In this document: one piece after another, positions 1 to 10,613 of the stretch
Layout: each line of letters begins with the position of its first letter
Numbering within the stretch: position 1 is the stretch's first letter
Source: Parcubacteria bacterium C7867-008
Lineage (GTDB): Bacteria; Patescibacteriota; Minisyncoccia; Phycocordibacterales; Phycocordibacteraceae
Assembly: GCA_001189215.1 (NCBI GenBank)
Contig: LFCR01000006.1
Coordinates: 133,354 to 197,353, forward strand
Direction of reading: 5' to 3'
Length of the DNA: 64,000 nt
Program-made: the position numbers and the translations under genes
Notes under the pieces: generated by a model
Databases searched by the model: none
Seen by the model: only the letters and a program-made list of their open reading frames with translations
What the model was told of the DNA's origin: nothing

Positions 1-133
1 CAGCGCCGATAGTGAAGCAGTTTACTAGGGGCATAACTGCCTCCCATCCAAGAGCGCTTCCACAATTAGGAATTGCATTAGTAATACGTCAGGGGAGATA
101 GAGAGTCAATTTAGTTCTACACAGGAGGAAATA

Positions 134-163
134 TTGACTATCGAACAAATGTTCGATTATACT
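134..163 (+). promoter_or_regulatory. sigma70 promoter (TTGACT-18-TATACT) with a LexA/SOS operator (ATCGAAC-AAAT-GTTCGAT, 140-157) filling the spacer
   Basis: Palindrome of the GAAC-N4-GTTC (Cheo box) type between -35 and -10, directly upstream of a LexA-family gene. Confidence 0.85.
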
Positions 164-169
164 ATTTAT

Positions 170-736
170 ATGGAAATGAGCCGGCACCGGAAGGTACTAT
201 CCTTCTACAAGAAACATAAGCGCATGCCTTCTATAACGGAACTCATGGCCATATTTGGGTTGTCTTCTCGCAGCAGTGGGTTCTATGTAACAAATCAACT
301 CGTGAAGCAGGGTATTGCAGAGAAGGACAGTACGGGAAAACTCATCCCTGGTCCTGAACTCTTCACCCTGCCGGTACTCGGTCACATTCGAGCAGGTTTT
401 GCAGCACCCGCAGAAGAGGAACTGGCAGACACCATCACCATCGGTGACTACCTACTTGGTCGTCCTGAAGCAAGCTATCTCTTGAAAGTGGAGGGAGATT
501 CCATGCAGGACGCAGGTATACAGGAAGGAGACATGGTGGTGTTTGAACGCACTAATGATTACAAGCCAGGAGATATTGTCGTTGCGCTAACCGAAGATGG
601 GTACACCCTTAAGTATCTACGTAAAAAAACAGGAGGATATTATTTGGAAGCTGCTAACGATAAGTATCCAGACATCCATCCACGTGAGGGTTCTATTATC
701 GGTGTCGTTATATCAACCTTTCGTACCTATGGCTAA
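170..736 (+). CDS. lexA: LexA-family SOS repressor (HTH plus S24 autopeptidase)
   Basis: N-terminal MPSITEL HTH, AG cleavage site (IRAGF), GDSM catalytic Ser, TLKY catalytic Lys. Start moved to ATG 170 because the TTG at 134 is the -35 box. Confidence 0.85.
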   Translation: MEMSRHRKVLSFYKKHKRMPSITELMAIFGLSSRSSGFYVTNQLVKQGIAEKDSTGKLIPGPELFTLPVLGHIRAGFAAPAEEELADTITIGDYLLGRPEASYLLKVEGDSMQDAGIQEGDMVVFERTNDYKPGDIVVALTEDGYTLKYLRKKTGGYYLEAANDKYPDIHPREGSIIGVVISTFRTYG

Positions 737-914
737 ACTCAATGCATTCGAACCATTCTTTGGTATGTATCTTCGTACACCAGTGCGTCACTCAGTAAAA
801 TATCGTTCTTCACGATTCGCATCGTTTACTGAATGGGAACGTCTCTATCTTTCACCTAAGCGCATCATTCCACTACGGTTACGTACTGAACGTTCGGTAC
901 ACCCGCATGAGTGA
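729..914 (+). CDS. small basic hypothetical protein (61 aa) between lexA and dinB
   Basis: ATG overlaps the lexA end and its stop overlaps the dinB start, so it fills the gap exactly. Confidence 0.5.
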   Translation: MAKLNAFEPFFGMYLRTPVRHSVKYRSSRFASFTEWERLYLSPKRIIPLRLRTERSVHPHE

Positions 915-2220
915 GCTACTCTCCACACGATCTTTCCCACGAGCCATTGTACACTTTGATGGCGATTCCTTCTTCGCTTCCGTAGAGCAAATAATGAATC
1001 ATGAGTTACGAGGGAAGCCGGTGATCACGGGTGGGGAGCGTGGTGCCGCTACATCACTTTCCTATGAAGCGAAACGTATGGGTGCACATCGCGGAATGAG
1101 CATGCGTGAGATAAAGAAGATTTGTCCTGATGCGGTGATCGTTGCATCAGACTATCTTTCGTACTCAATATACGCACGACGTATGTACGCAATTGTACGT
1201 TCTTTCACTCCGGATGTTGAGGAATACAGTATCGATGAGTGCTTTGCAGACATCACAGGTCTCAGACAGAAGTACCGTATGCCGTATGAACGCATCACAG
1301 AAATGATTCAACAGAAACTACATGCTGATCTCGGCATGACTTTTAGTGCAGGTCTTGGCCCTAATAAGAGCCTAGCAAAAATTGCGTCTAAACATCGTAA
1401 GCCAGCAGGCTTCACATCTATTCCAGCTAAAGAAGCACACCTCTTTCTTAAGGGACTTCCGATAAGCGGCATATGGGGTATGGGAGGAAGTACCAGTCTC
1501 TATCTAGAGAAACTTGGGGTACACACTGCGCTAGAGTTCGCGCAGAAGGATGAGTATTGGCTAACCGCTAATAAGATCAGTAAACCCTATCGAGACATCT
1601 GGCTTGAACTACGGGGATTCTTTGTGAAAGGATTAAATACTGGCAGTGATGATTCCATTGGATCAATCATGAAAACACAAACTTTCACACCTCCCTCAAG
1701 TGATCGTGCGTATGTGCTCTCACAACTCGCACGCAACATAGAAGGAGCTTGTACCAAGGCAAGACGATATAAGGTCAAGGCACGTTCGGCGTCCTTCTAT
1801 CTAAAGACACAGGACTTTACGTATGGAGGTCTTTCCATAGAACTTTCTGTTCCTCTTGCAGACCCAAGAGAATTCCAACGATTAGTAGAAATTGAATTCG
1901 ATCGAGTATTTGAATCAGGAACCTTATACCGTGCCACCGGATTCACGCTTCGCTCCATCACTGCAGAATCTGCCGTAACACAAGATTTGTTTGGAGAAAC
2001 GATACGTGCACAGACCAAGGAACGTATTTTAGAAACCGTAGATAGTCTCAATAATAAATTTGGGAATGGTACTGTGCACTTTGCTTCGAGCTTCACTGCA
2101 CGAAAGGAAGGAGAAGAGCGTGCAGAAGCACGAGCTCGCAAGGCACGCCCTAGAATAAGTCTCTCTATCGAGAAGAAACGAAAGTCTTTGAATATTCCGT
2201 ATCTCGGTATTGTTCGATAG
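907..2220 (+). CDS. dinB: Y-family translesion DNA polymerase (DinB/UmuC)
   Basis: HFDGDSFFASVE, SYEAK, SIDE and AKIASKHRKP motifs. Confidence 0.92.
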   Translation: MSELLSTRSFPRAIVHFDGDSFFASVEQIMNHELRGKPVITGGERGAATSLSYEAKRMGAHRGMSMREIKKICPDAVIVASDYLSYSIYARRMYAIVRSFTPDVEEYSIDECFADITGLRQKYRMPYERITEMIQQKLHADLGMTFSAGLGPNKSLAKIASKHRKPAGFTSIPAKEAHLFLKGLPISGIWGMGGSTSLYLEKLGVHTALEFAQKDEYWLTANKISKPYRDIWLELRGFFVKGLNTGSDDSIGSIMKTQTFTPPSSDRAYVLSQLARNIEGACTKARRYKVKARSASFYLKTQDFTYGGLSIELSVPLADPREFQRLVEIEFDRVFESGTLYRATGFTLRSITAESAVTQDLFGETIRAQTKERILETVDSLNNKFGNGTVHFASSFTARKEGEERAEARARKARPRISLSIEKKRKSLNIPYLGIVR

Positions 2221-2294
2221 TCGTGAGCGATTGTATATTTCTATACTTTGTTGCATAGTGCCTTCGGATTCATTCACGTTTGAGAGGCAACCCA

Positions 2295-2888
2295 ATGGCT
2301 ATAATCGTACGTCCTCTCGAAGAATCATCTCGTGAGTGGCAAGACCTATACACCTACGCTAAGGGCATCTACCTGAACGGTGAGTGCTATACCTTTGCTG
2401 CGGCACTTAGTCGTGCACTAGACTGGCCGATGATCGGCCTTATGGAAGGTGATACGGTTGCGCATGCCGCTGTTCTTACTCCTGAAGACAAGATCTTAGA
2501 TGTGCGCGGAATACCGTTCGCACAAGATGATCCTGAATTCGGGAGGATCTTCAATCACAAACCGCCCTATGATGATTGTCTTCAATTTCTTCTCGAGGAA
2601 GACTTTCCAAGACCCTTTCATGAGCGGCACATTCTGATAGCGCAACGATATGCGCAGCAGCTCTGGCCATCGTTACCCTGGCCGTATTCTCGAGAACGAA
2701 AGGTTCAGAATTTCCTTGAAGGGTTAGAAAGACTTTGCACCGAGCACGATGTCTCGATCTTCACCCCAAATGGGGGTTCTATCTTCTTGGAAGATTGTCA
2801 GGGAGGTGAAGCAGGATTCGAAGGAACAGCATTCCCAAGTGATGGGAAATATATCATCAAAAGAATACTCAAAAACGAAGGAGAATGA
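2295..2888 (+). CDS. hypothetical protein with possible Cys-His-Asp (papain/transglutaminase-like) triad
   Basis: YLNGECYTFAAAL...HAAV...LDVRG pattern; SD-like GAGAGG; upstream TTGTAT-17-CATAGT. Confidence 0.6.
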   Translation: MAIIVRPLEESSREWQDLYTYAKGIYLNGECYTFAAALSRALDWPMIGLMEGDTVAHAAVLTPEDKILDVRGIPFAQDDPEFGRIFNHKPPYDDCLQFLLEEDFPRPFHERHILIAQRYAQQLWPSLPWPYSRERKVQNFLEGLERLCTEHDVSIFTPNGGSIFLEDCQGGEAGFEGTAFPSDGKYIIKRILKNEGE

Positions 2889-2911
2889 AGGAGTATCCGT
2901 GAATAGACTCA

Positions 2912-2933
2912 AGGCCCCGCGCATGCGGGGTCT
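2912..2933. terminator. hairpin between convergent genes
   Basis: AGGCCCCGC-GCAT-GCGGGGTCT. Confidence 0.6.
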
Positions 2934-2938
2934 GTTGT

Positions 2939-4201
2939 TTATGGGTGTGCTGGAGTGCCTTGTGTAACGCGCTTTGCAGTGAGGAAGAACACCACCGCTG
3001 CTATATATACGATGATACTCGCAATGATAAGCGGAACCTCAGGAGCAAATGCCACCGCAATGAATCCTGCAATCACTGGAGGAATGGATTGTGCGAGCGC
3101 TTGCACACTTGCTCCGATACCCAGCACAGTACCTTGTTCTTGTGGGCCAGCAGACCGACTAATCAACCCGTTGAGATTTGCCATGATAAGACCTATGAAC
3201 ATCGCATTCGGTATCGTGATGAGATACAGCAGCCAAGATACGTGAGCCAGCCAGAAGAAGAACAGTGTTGTACCAACACCAAAGAGAGACACAGTGAGGA
3301 TGGCGTATGGCTTAAATCGCTTGCCAACGAATCCAGTAACGAATGCTTGCGTGAGGGCAACGCAGATTCCCACCAGTGCGAAGAAGTCTCCAATACCTGC
3401 CTGATTAAATCCAAACTTCTTGATGAGATATACCCCAAAGAAGGTGGTGAAGAATGTGAAGCCGCTGGTGAAGAGGAATGAGGTACCGAAGAGTGCACGC
3501 AGGCCCGGCTTCATAGTTGCTGCACGAATATTAATAAATGATTGTGCCCAGTGAATGGAACCTTTCGTTTTCTGTGCAAGTGTTTCTTTGAATAAGAACA
3601 ACACCGCGAGCATATTAAGCGCACTTAATATGGCAGCAAACCAGAATGGAGTAGTGGCATTGAACCACGGTACGATCGATGGGTCAGCAAGACGACCACC
3701 CAGAAACGGACCGATGATGAACCCAAGACCAAAGGCAGCACCCATAAGTCCGAATGCGCGTGCACGCTTAGCGGGTGCGGTTGCGTCCGCAATTGCTGCC
3801 TGAGCCACCGCGATGTTTCCACCGGTAATACCATCCACGGCACGGGAGATAAACAGTAGAGGAATATTTTTCGTGATAATACCGACTGCGAATACTACAT
3901 ATGAAAGAGAGGTGCCAGCGAGTGAGATAGCGAGTACTGGTTTTCGCCCCACGTGATCTGATATCTGTCCAAGTATTGGTGTGGCAAGGAACTGCATGAA
4001 CGGATATATAGCCGTAAGTGCACCCAGAAGGACGTAACCACCAGCAATAGCCACATCAAGGTGATAAGGATAGTTTGGATCGGTAAGAAGAAGAGGAATG
4101 ATTGGCACCAGCACACCCACACCAATCATATCGATTAGAACTATGGCGAACACAATAGCCAGCGTATATTTCGAGGGAACAGGTGGGTTCTGAGGCATCA
4201 A
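2939..4201 (-). CDS. MFS transporter, TetA/DHA1-like
   Basis: ~12 TM segments, motif A GQISDHVGRKP, motif C GLGFIIGPFLGG. Confidence 0.9.
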   Translation of the reverse strand: MMPQNPPVPSKYTLAIVFAIVLIDMIGVGVLVPIIPLLLTDPNYPYHLDVAIAGGYVLLGALTAIYPFMQFLATPILGQISDHVGRKPVLAISLAGTSLSYVVFAVGIITKNIPLLFISRAVDGITGGNIAVAQAAIADATAPAKRARAFGLMGAAFGLGFIIGPFLGGRLADPSIVPWFNATTPFWFAAILSALNMLAVLFLFKETLAQKTKGSIHWAQSFINIRAATMKPGLRALFGTSFLFTSGFTFFTTFFGVYLIKKFGFNQAGIGDFFALVGICVALTQAFVTGFVGKRFKPYAILTVSLFGVGTTLFFFWLAHVSWLLYLITIPNAMFIGLIMANLNGLISRSAGPQEQGTVLGIGASVQALAQSIPPVIAGFIAVAFAPEVPLIIASIIVYIAAVVFFLTAKRVTQGTPAHP

Positions 4202-4251
4202 TAAAGCGTTACAGAATAATCATTCGGAAAAAGCACTATGCACTACAAAAC

Positions 4252-7200
4252 CTATACTTCAGATGAAGATTCTTTTGCGAACTTTGCACGCACACTCTTG
4301 CCTGGCCAACGATAGTACAGCATCGGGATGAGTACGAGCGTAAGAAGGAGAGAGAAGGCAAGACCGAACATGATAGCAATAGCCAGTGGACCAAAGAATG
4401 CAGAAGAGATGGCAAGTGGGAGCATACCTACTACGGTTACTACCGTTGTAAGAAGGATGGGACGAAGGCGAGTTGATGCGGCATCAATAACCACTTCTTC
4501 AAGGGTGTGATTTGGATTCTCACGATGGATACGCGCAATAGAATCCATGAGAATAATGGCGTGATTAATGATCACACCGGCTAAGGCAATCACGCCCAGC
4601 ATAGAAGTTAGAGAAAGAGGTTGACCTACGATTGCCAGACCAAAGAACACACCGATCAAGGACAATGGGATAATCAATAATAGATAGAAGGAATGACGGA
4701 AAGAATTGAATTCAAGGACGAGAATTGCAAGCATGAGTGCAGCACCAGCAATAAGTGCAAGAAACATTTCCGTGAAGGACTTTGCAATATCTTCAGTGGC
4801 ACCAGCCTGCTTCTTGGTAACACCCTTGCCAAGCATGTCTTCCGTAAACTGCTTCTCGAATTCATTAGTCACCTCAACTACGTTCGCATTTGGTGCTACG
4901 TCAGCGGTCACGGTAGTGATGCGATCTCCCGCTTCATGACTAATAGAAGCTTGCGCCGATTCATACGTAATAGTGGCAATAGAAGAGAGAGGAACGGGTC
5001 CCTTACTACCCACAACGGTCAGATTTCGAACAGCATCAATGTTTGCATGAGTAGTTTCAGATGGATCGGTATAGCCAGGGTTTAGATCAAGCTTTGTGTG
5101 TACTTCAATATCATCGGTACCGGTACGAATAGAGGTTGCCTTAGTACTAAAGAGAGCAGTACGTAGTGTGTCTGCAACAGCAACAGGAGATACTCCAAAC
5201 TCTGTTGCTTTAGCACTATCAAGAGAGACAACGAACTCTGCACTTGAATTCTTAGTGCTTGAGTTTACATTCACCACGCCAGGAATATCGGAAAGGATAT
5301 GTGCTGCGTGATCTGCTGTGGCAGTAAGTTCGTCCAGGTCATCTCCAGAGAATGTAATACTTACCGGAGAGGATGCAGGAGGGCCACCTGCAGGTTCACC
5401 AACGGTTACGTTCGCTGACGTAATACCAGCAAACTGTTCACGTAACTCAGTTACCAGTTCGGCACTGGTCTGTGCATTACCCTTAGGCATATTCACAGTG
5501 ATGTTTGCAATGTTGCTTCCAGAACTTGGTCCGGTGAACCCACCTGCAAACTGGCTGCCAGAACCAACTTCACTTACAAATGAGGCAACGTTCTTATTAA
5601 CGTACAGAATCTCTTCAACCTCACGTACTGAAAGATCCGTTACTGCAAGATCAGTACCTTGGGGTTTCTCAACCTGCACATAGATATAATCCATGTCCTC
5701 ACTAGGAAAGAATATTGATTTAACGATGCCGGTAGCAGGGAGTGCCAGTGCAATGAAGAACAGCACAACCATAGCTATCAAGAATCGCTTCTGATCTTTC
5801 TTGTCGTGCAGGAATTTCTTTAGAAAGGCACGGTACTTTTCATGAGCAATGCGGTTGTATCGCTCCTGCCGTTCTTCCAACGGTGACAGCTCTGCTTTCA
5901 CAAAGAATACGGAAAGGATTGGTACGAATCCAAGAGCAACAAAGATTGATGCGATAAGCACAAAGATCACCGTGAACGGAATAGAGGCAAGGAACTTACC
6001 AATAATTCCAGAGATAAAGAAAAGAGGAACAAATACCACAACCGTGGTGAAGGTTCCTGCAATGAGAGGCCATGCGTACTCACGGATCGCTGCAACCGCA
6101 GCTTCATGCTTATTTTTATACTTAAGCAGGTGCGTATGGTATGCCTCCACCACCACAATGCCGGAATCAACGAGAATACCGATCGCAAGGATAAGTGCGA
6201 AGAGGGATACGTTGTTGAGAGTATTACCTGAAGCTTGAAGTCCAATAAAGGCAACAAGGAATGAAAGGGGAATCGATGCAGCAGCAACAAGAGACTCTCG
6301 CCAACCAAGGGTTAGAAGAAGTACTAATAGCACAAGGATAACCGTCTCAATTCCGGCACGAGAAAGCTCCACAAGACTCTTGTTCACCTCCTCAGCTGCA
6401 TTATAGGAAACAACTATGTCAGTGCCCGAGAGAGTGGTCTTCTTGAGGTCTTCCAGTTTCTTTTCTACTGCATGACCGGTCTCTACAATATTTCCTCCAC
6501 GAGACTTGAATATAGAAAGGGTAAGGGAAGGGTTTGCTGGTTCTCCGTTCACTGATACTCGCGAGTAGCTAGAAGCATCAGAGAGTCCATCTACAACATC
6601 TGCCACATCACGTACGTGGAGGGCAACGCCACCAGGTCCTGCAATGGCAACACCAGCCACTTCGTCCGTGGTTGCGACGCCAGACTCAAAGCGCACCGCG
6701 TAGTTAACACCGTCTACTGTTATGGCTCCAGCAGGAGACGCTACTCCTGCTGCTCGAATTGCTCCGGTAACCTCTGAAAGTGAAAGGTTGTACTGTTGCA
6801 GACGATCTCCCTTAACAATTACCTGTACCTCACGTGCACGGACACCAGATATACCCACCTTCGAAACCCCTGGGACACGCTTTACTTCGTCCGAAACAGA
6901 CTCGCTGAGTGCGGTGAGCTCAGTTGCTGCGAGGTTTCCAGATATAGCAACGATCAAGATCGGTTGGTCAGCAAAGTTAACATCGGTAACGGTTGGTGCA
7001 AGTGCTTCCGTTGGTAGATCTGGGCGCACCTTATCGACAGCATCCTTTAGAAGCTGAATGGACTCATCAATATCAGCATTTGCATCAAACTCTACAGATA
7101 CACTGGACACACCGTCTCCAGAAGTGGAGGTAACTTTCGATACTCGCTCTACCCCAAGCACACCGCTCTCAATTTTGTCGGTGATAAGTCGTTCAACGTC

Positions 7201-7374
7201 GGCAGAAGACGCGCCAGGAAGCACGGTAATAACAATACCGAGTGGAATCTTGATTTCTGGTGTTGCTTCTTTTGGAATTGAACTTACGGAAAAGAGCCCG
7301 GCTGCAAGGAGTGCAACCATTAGGAATACCGTGAAGTGATGCTTGTTAAGGAAGAAGCTCCAGAATTTCGTCAT
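4252..7374 (-). CDS. RND efflux permease, AcrB/AcrD/AcrF family
   Basis: ~1040 aa; GILVDSGIVVVE and RLRPILLT motifs; start taken at MTKFW. Confidence 0.92.
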   Translation of the reverse strand: MTKFWSFFLNKHHFTVFLMVALLAAGLFSVSSIPKEATPEIKIPLGIVITVLPGASSADVERLITDKIESGVLGVERVSKVTSTSGDGVSSVSVEFDANADIDESIQLLKDAVDKVRPDLPTEALAPTVTDVNFADQPILIVAISGNLAATELTALSESVSDEVKRVPGVSKVGISGVRAREVQVIVKGDRLQQYNLSLSEVTGAIRAAGVASPAGAITVDGVNYAVRFESGVATTDEVAGVAIAGPGGVALHVRDVADVVDGLSDASSYSRVSVNGEPANPSLTLSIFKSRGGNIVETGHAVEKKLEDLKKTTLSGTDIVVSYNAAEEVNKSLVELSRAGIETVILVLLVLLLTLGWRESLVAAASIPLSFLVAFIGLQASGNTLNNVSLFALILAIGILVDSGIVVVEAYHTHLLKYKNKHEAAVAAIREYAWPLIAGTFTTVVVFVPLFFISGIIGKFLASIPFTVIFVLIASIFVALGFVPILSVFFVKAELSPLEERQERYNRIAHEKYRAFLKKFLHDKKDQKRFLIAMVVLFFIALALPATGIVKSIFFPSEDMDYIYVQVEKPQGTDLAVTDLSVREVEEILYVNKNVASFVSEVGSGSQFAGGFTGPSSGSNIANITVNMPKGNAQTSAELVTELREQFAGITSANVTVGEPAGGPPASSPVSITFSGDDLDELTATADHAAHILSDIPGVVNVNSSTKNSSAEFVVSLDSAKATEFGVSPVAVADTLRTALFSTKATSIRTGTDDIEVHTKLDLNPGYTDPSETTHANIDAVRNLTVVGSKGPVPLSSIATITYESAQASISHEAGDRITTVTADVAPNANVVEVTNEFEKQFTEDMLGKGVTKKQAGATEDIAKSFTEMFLALIAGAALMLAILVLEFNSFRHSFYLLLIIPLSLIGVFFGLAIVGQPLSLTSMLGVIALAGVIINHAIILMDSIARIHRENPNHTLEEVVIDAASTRLRPILLTTVVTVVGMLPLAISSAFFGPLAIAIMFGLAFSLLLTLVLIPMLYYRWPGKSVRAKFAKESSSEV

Positions 7375-7384
7375 GACGGTATAG

Positions 7385-8944
7385 CTACAGTGTTCCCTGA
7401 GTATCGTCTGTTGCAATCTGCACCTTCTGTCCTTCCGCAAGACCACGCGCATCAGTAACGATACGCATGTCAGTAGTTGCACCGCTCAGGATTTCAATAC
7501 GATCTCCACGCACGTCTCCAATCTGTACCTCATGCGATACAAGACGACCCTCTTCGTTCACTGTGAATACGATGCGCTGCTTTGCACTTAGCTTAACGCT
7601 TGCAAGTGGAAGGAGGATTGGACCAGTTACAACTGGTTCAGACGGCTGAGTTGCGATGGCATCTGGGAAACTGATACGAACAGACTGTCCGTTCACGACA
7701 TCTGCTGCATCACCAGACACTGCAACGTGTACTTCAATCTGCTTAGTAACAGGATCAAGCGCAGGAGCGATGGTAGTGATAACACCGTCATAGGTATTCT
7801 CAACACGAACCTTCATGCCAGCTGAGATATTCTCTCGGTCGTTCTCCGATACGTAGGTAACAATCTCAAGCGTACCGTTATTAGCTACGGTTGCCACGTG
7901 CTGCAACATCGTTACGTAGTCGCCCACATGAATAGGTAGGAAGTTCACCGTGCCACCGATGGGTGCGCGCACAAAACTCTTTTCAAGACTTGCTTGCGCC
8001 AGACGAAGCGTACCCAGTGCAGACTTTACACCTGCATCAACACTTGCCGTTGAGGTGGTGCGCTTTGCGCGATATGCCTCGCGTGCGCTCGCAATCGCAG
8101 CAATCTGCGTGCTGAGTGCCGTACGTGCAGAACTCAGTGCTGTTGCTTGTGCTGCCGTCTCACGGGAGTCAGCACGATTTGCTGCGTCAGCAATATCATC
8201 AACGAGTGCACTAATAGTGTTGAGATCACTCTGCGCTTCGTTGAGGAGTGCTTCTGGATCACGACTTCCAATACTTGGAAGTGTCACACGCTGCGCATCA
8301 ATCATGACCTTTATCTCCTGACGACGACGAGACATAGTATCTGCTGCCACCCGTCCTGGATTAACAAGGAAGCGTGGACCTGCAGGGGTCTGATCTCCAT
8401 AGAACTGATCAACATCATCCTCAAGGAGAGCATCAATAGATGCGAATACCGAACGGTACGTGTTACGCACGGTAGCAGTGGCGTCAGTAGGGGATACCGC
8501 ATTACGAGAAGCAAGTGCTGCCTCATAGGCACCCTGCGCTTGGAGTACTTGCGCACGTTCTGTCGCATTCTCAAGTTCTGCAATTACTGTTCCAGCACCA
8601 ACAACGCTACCAATTTTTGCATGGACCGCGCGTACAGTACCGCCTGCCTGAGCAAGAAGATCTGCCTGTGACACTGAGCGTACGGTGCCGATAATGCTTA
8701 CAGAATCACCGGTACCACTCAAACTCCCGACAGACTCTACGGTAACTGTACGAAGCTGATTCTCAGGACTTGCCTTGGCACCTGAACGGGCAAGTACCCC
8801 TCCTCCAATGAGTAGGGCAAGTAGCGCGGCTACGATAGCAACCTGTTGCCAGCCCTTACGGCCTTTGAACCAGGTCCATACCCGAGCACTCCGGGCACGT
8901 ACAATCTTTTGTGCCCGTTTCATCCAAGTAGTAAAACGTTTCAT
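7385..8944 (-). CDS. RND efflux membrane-fusion (adaptor) protein
   Basis: N-terminal TM, lipoyl-like halves (VRAPIGGTV), long helical hairpin; adjacent to the RND permease. Confidence 0.85.
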   Translation of the reverse strand: MKRFTTWMKRAQKIVRARSARVWTWFKGRKGWQQVAIVAALLALLIGGGVLARSGAKASPENQLRTVTVESVGSLSGTGDSVSIIGTVRSVSQADLLAQAGGTVRAVHAKIGSVVGAGTVIAELENATERAQVLQAQGAYEAALASRNAVSPTDATATVRNTYRSVFASIDALLEDDVDQFYGDQTPAGPRFLVNPGRVAADTMSRRRQEIKVMIDAQRVTLPSIGSRDPEALLNEAQSDLNTISALVDDIADAANRADSRETAAQATALSSARTALSTQIAAIASAREAYRAKRTTSTASVDAGVKSALGTLRLAQASLEKSFVRAPIGGTVNFLPIHVGDYVTMLQHVATVANNGTLEIVTYVSENDRENISAGMKVRVENTYDGVITTIAPALDPVTKQIEVHVAVSGDAADVVNGQSVRISFPDAIATQPSEPVVTGPILLPLASVKLSAKQRIVFTVNEEGRLVSHEVQIGDVRGDRIEILSGATTDMRIVTDARGLAEGQKVQIATDDTQGTL

Positions 8945-9043
8945 ACTTTTTACAGTAAATTTAAAGTGATACTAAGTCAATTAAATAAACGACCGTACAC
9001 TGCGCTCATGCATCGTTAATGAAATGAGCGTACACTAATAGGT

Positions 9044-9904
9044 ATGAAGAAATCCTATAGCATCGCGATCATCTTGATACTTGTCTTGCTCATTGCCACT
9101 GCCATATATACCTATATGCAGCTTCATACTATGAGTACTGCAACTAACGACAATTCCTCAACTACCTATTCCTGTGCAGAAGGATTGGTAAAAGCAAAGT
9201 TTGATTCTGAAGAGGTGCTACTTACTCTACCTGGTGATCGAACTATTACACTCAAACAACAGCCATCAGGTTCAGGTATTCGATATGAAGGTGAAGGCGT
9301 TGAATTTATAGGAAAGGGCAGTGATGCATCTATCTCTGAAAATGGCTCGCCACTCTACACAAATTGTATTTCTGGCACTATACAGGGAAATGGCATGACC
9401 GGAGATTCAAATAATGGAATGAAGACCTTTATCGATTCAGGTAAGACGTTTGAGTTTATGTATCCCGGTACCTTTACGCTCACAGGAGCCGGAGTGGGCT
9501 ACACCACTGATTGGATGAATCAATCAACCGACAATGGACTAATACTTGCTCGCGTAACCATTCCAAAGTCTTTCCAATCAAATACCAACTTCTCTGAAGC
9601 TCGCTTTACGGTAGGTACGAGCGCTGACCCTAAGGCGGTCAAGCAGTGCAGTACAGAAGGAGTACCAGCCACTATTCATGGCGTCACGTTTAAGAAAATC
9701 TCTACGGCAGACGCCGGAGCCGGAAACTTTTACGAGACCACGAGCTACCGCACAATACGTAATAATCAGTGCTATGTAGTGGAGTACACCATCCATTCCA
9801 CCAATATAGGTAATTATCCTCCAGAATTGGGTATTACTGAGTTCGATAAAGCCACGGTTCAGTCCGCACTTGAGGCTATGGTGCAGAGTTTCGCATTCCT
9901 TTAA
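9044..9904 (+). CDS. membrane-anchored protein with MliC/PliC-like lysozyme-inhibitor domain
   Basis: N-terminal TM; YSC...LKQQPSGSGIRY...KG motif typical of MliC. Confidence 0.7.
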   Translation: MKKSYSIAIILILVLLIATAIYTYMQLHTMSTATNDNSSTTYSCAEGLVKAKFDSEEVLLTLPGDRTITLKQQPSGSGIRYEGEGVEFIGKGSDASISENGSPLYTNCISGTIQGNGMTGDSNNGMKTFIDSGKTFEFMYPGTFTLTGAGVGYTTDWMNQSTDNGLILARVTIPKSFQSNTNFSEARFTVGTSADPKAVKQCSTEGVPATIHGVTFKKISTADAGAGNFYETTSYRTIRNNQCYVVEYTIHSTNIGNYPPELGITEFDKATVQSALEAMVQSFAFL

Positions 9905-9913
9905 TATAGGTAT

Positions 9914-10558
9914 ATGAAATACCTGTACGCATTCCTCTTCCTGGGCGTGTTCGCTATAACTGTACAACCAGTATTTGCTGATACTGCTGCTGGCTGCCCA
10001 GTCTTTACTCGTGATCTTTCTATTGGTGTTACTGACACTGCAACCAATAAAGATGTGACGGCTCTTCAGAAATACCTTACCGACACAGGCTATCTAGTTC
10101 CGGGTACCGCAAATGGTATCTTCGGTCCTAAAACACATGCGGCAGTACAAGCGTTCCAGCGTAAGAATGGATTGAGCTCGCAGGGGTATGTAGGTCCGCT
10201 TAGTCGTGCAAAGATTCAAGTACTTGGTTGCGGCGTTGCTAATTCTTCATATGAGGAACCATTAACATTGGTTGGTTTTGATGTTCCAGAGAAACTAAAT
10301 CGTGGTCAAAGTGGTGCATGGATACTTCAGTTCTCGCCACGTGCTGCAAGTTCAACGCCCTTAGACTTTAATGCAGACTGGGGAGACGGCAGCACTACAA
10401 CAGGGCTGGTGGTAACCTCTGCAGCGTCCGCAACCACCACGTTCGCATACTTCACACACGCCTATAAGAAGAATGGTTCATATATATCAACTCTGACGAT
10501 CACCCCAAAGAACGGTAAATCGATCAATCTCCAGAGCGGTGTCCGTGTTCTGCATTAA
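9914..10558 (+). CDS. secreted peptidoglycan-binding domain protein with PKD-like C-terminus
   Basis: Signal peptide; DVTALQKYL...GIFGPKTHAAVQAFQRKNGL...GYVGP; DWGDG PKD motif. Confidence 0.8.
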   Translation: MKYLYAFLFLGVFAITVQPVFADTAAGCPVFTRDLSIGVTDTATNKDVTALQKYLTDTGYLVPGTANGIFGPKTHAAVQAFQRKNGLSSQGYVGPLSRAKIQVLGCGVANSSYEEPLTLVGFDVPEKLNRGQSGAWILQFSPRAASSTPLDFNADWGDGSTTTGLVVTSAASATTTFAYFTHAYKKNGSYISTLTITPKNGKSINLQSGVRVLH

Positions 10559-10613
10559 TCTCCGCTTCACCCTCCACGTGCTTTTATACGGGAGTTATTC
10601 GTAACTATTCCGT

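Noticed and set aside
1-60. CATAACTGCC...CCATCC-AAG resembles 31980-31998 inside the 6S-like RNA
   Set aside because: The match is short and gapped, and it sits at the window edge where it may simply be the start of a minus-strand ORF. A second RNA copy cannot be supported.
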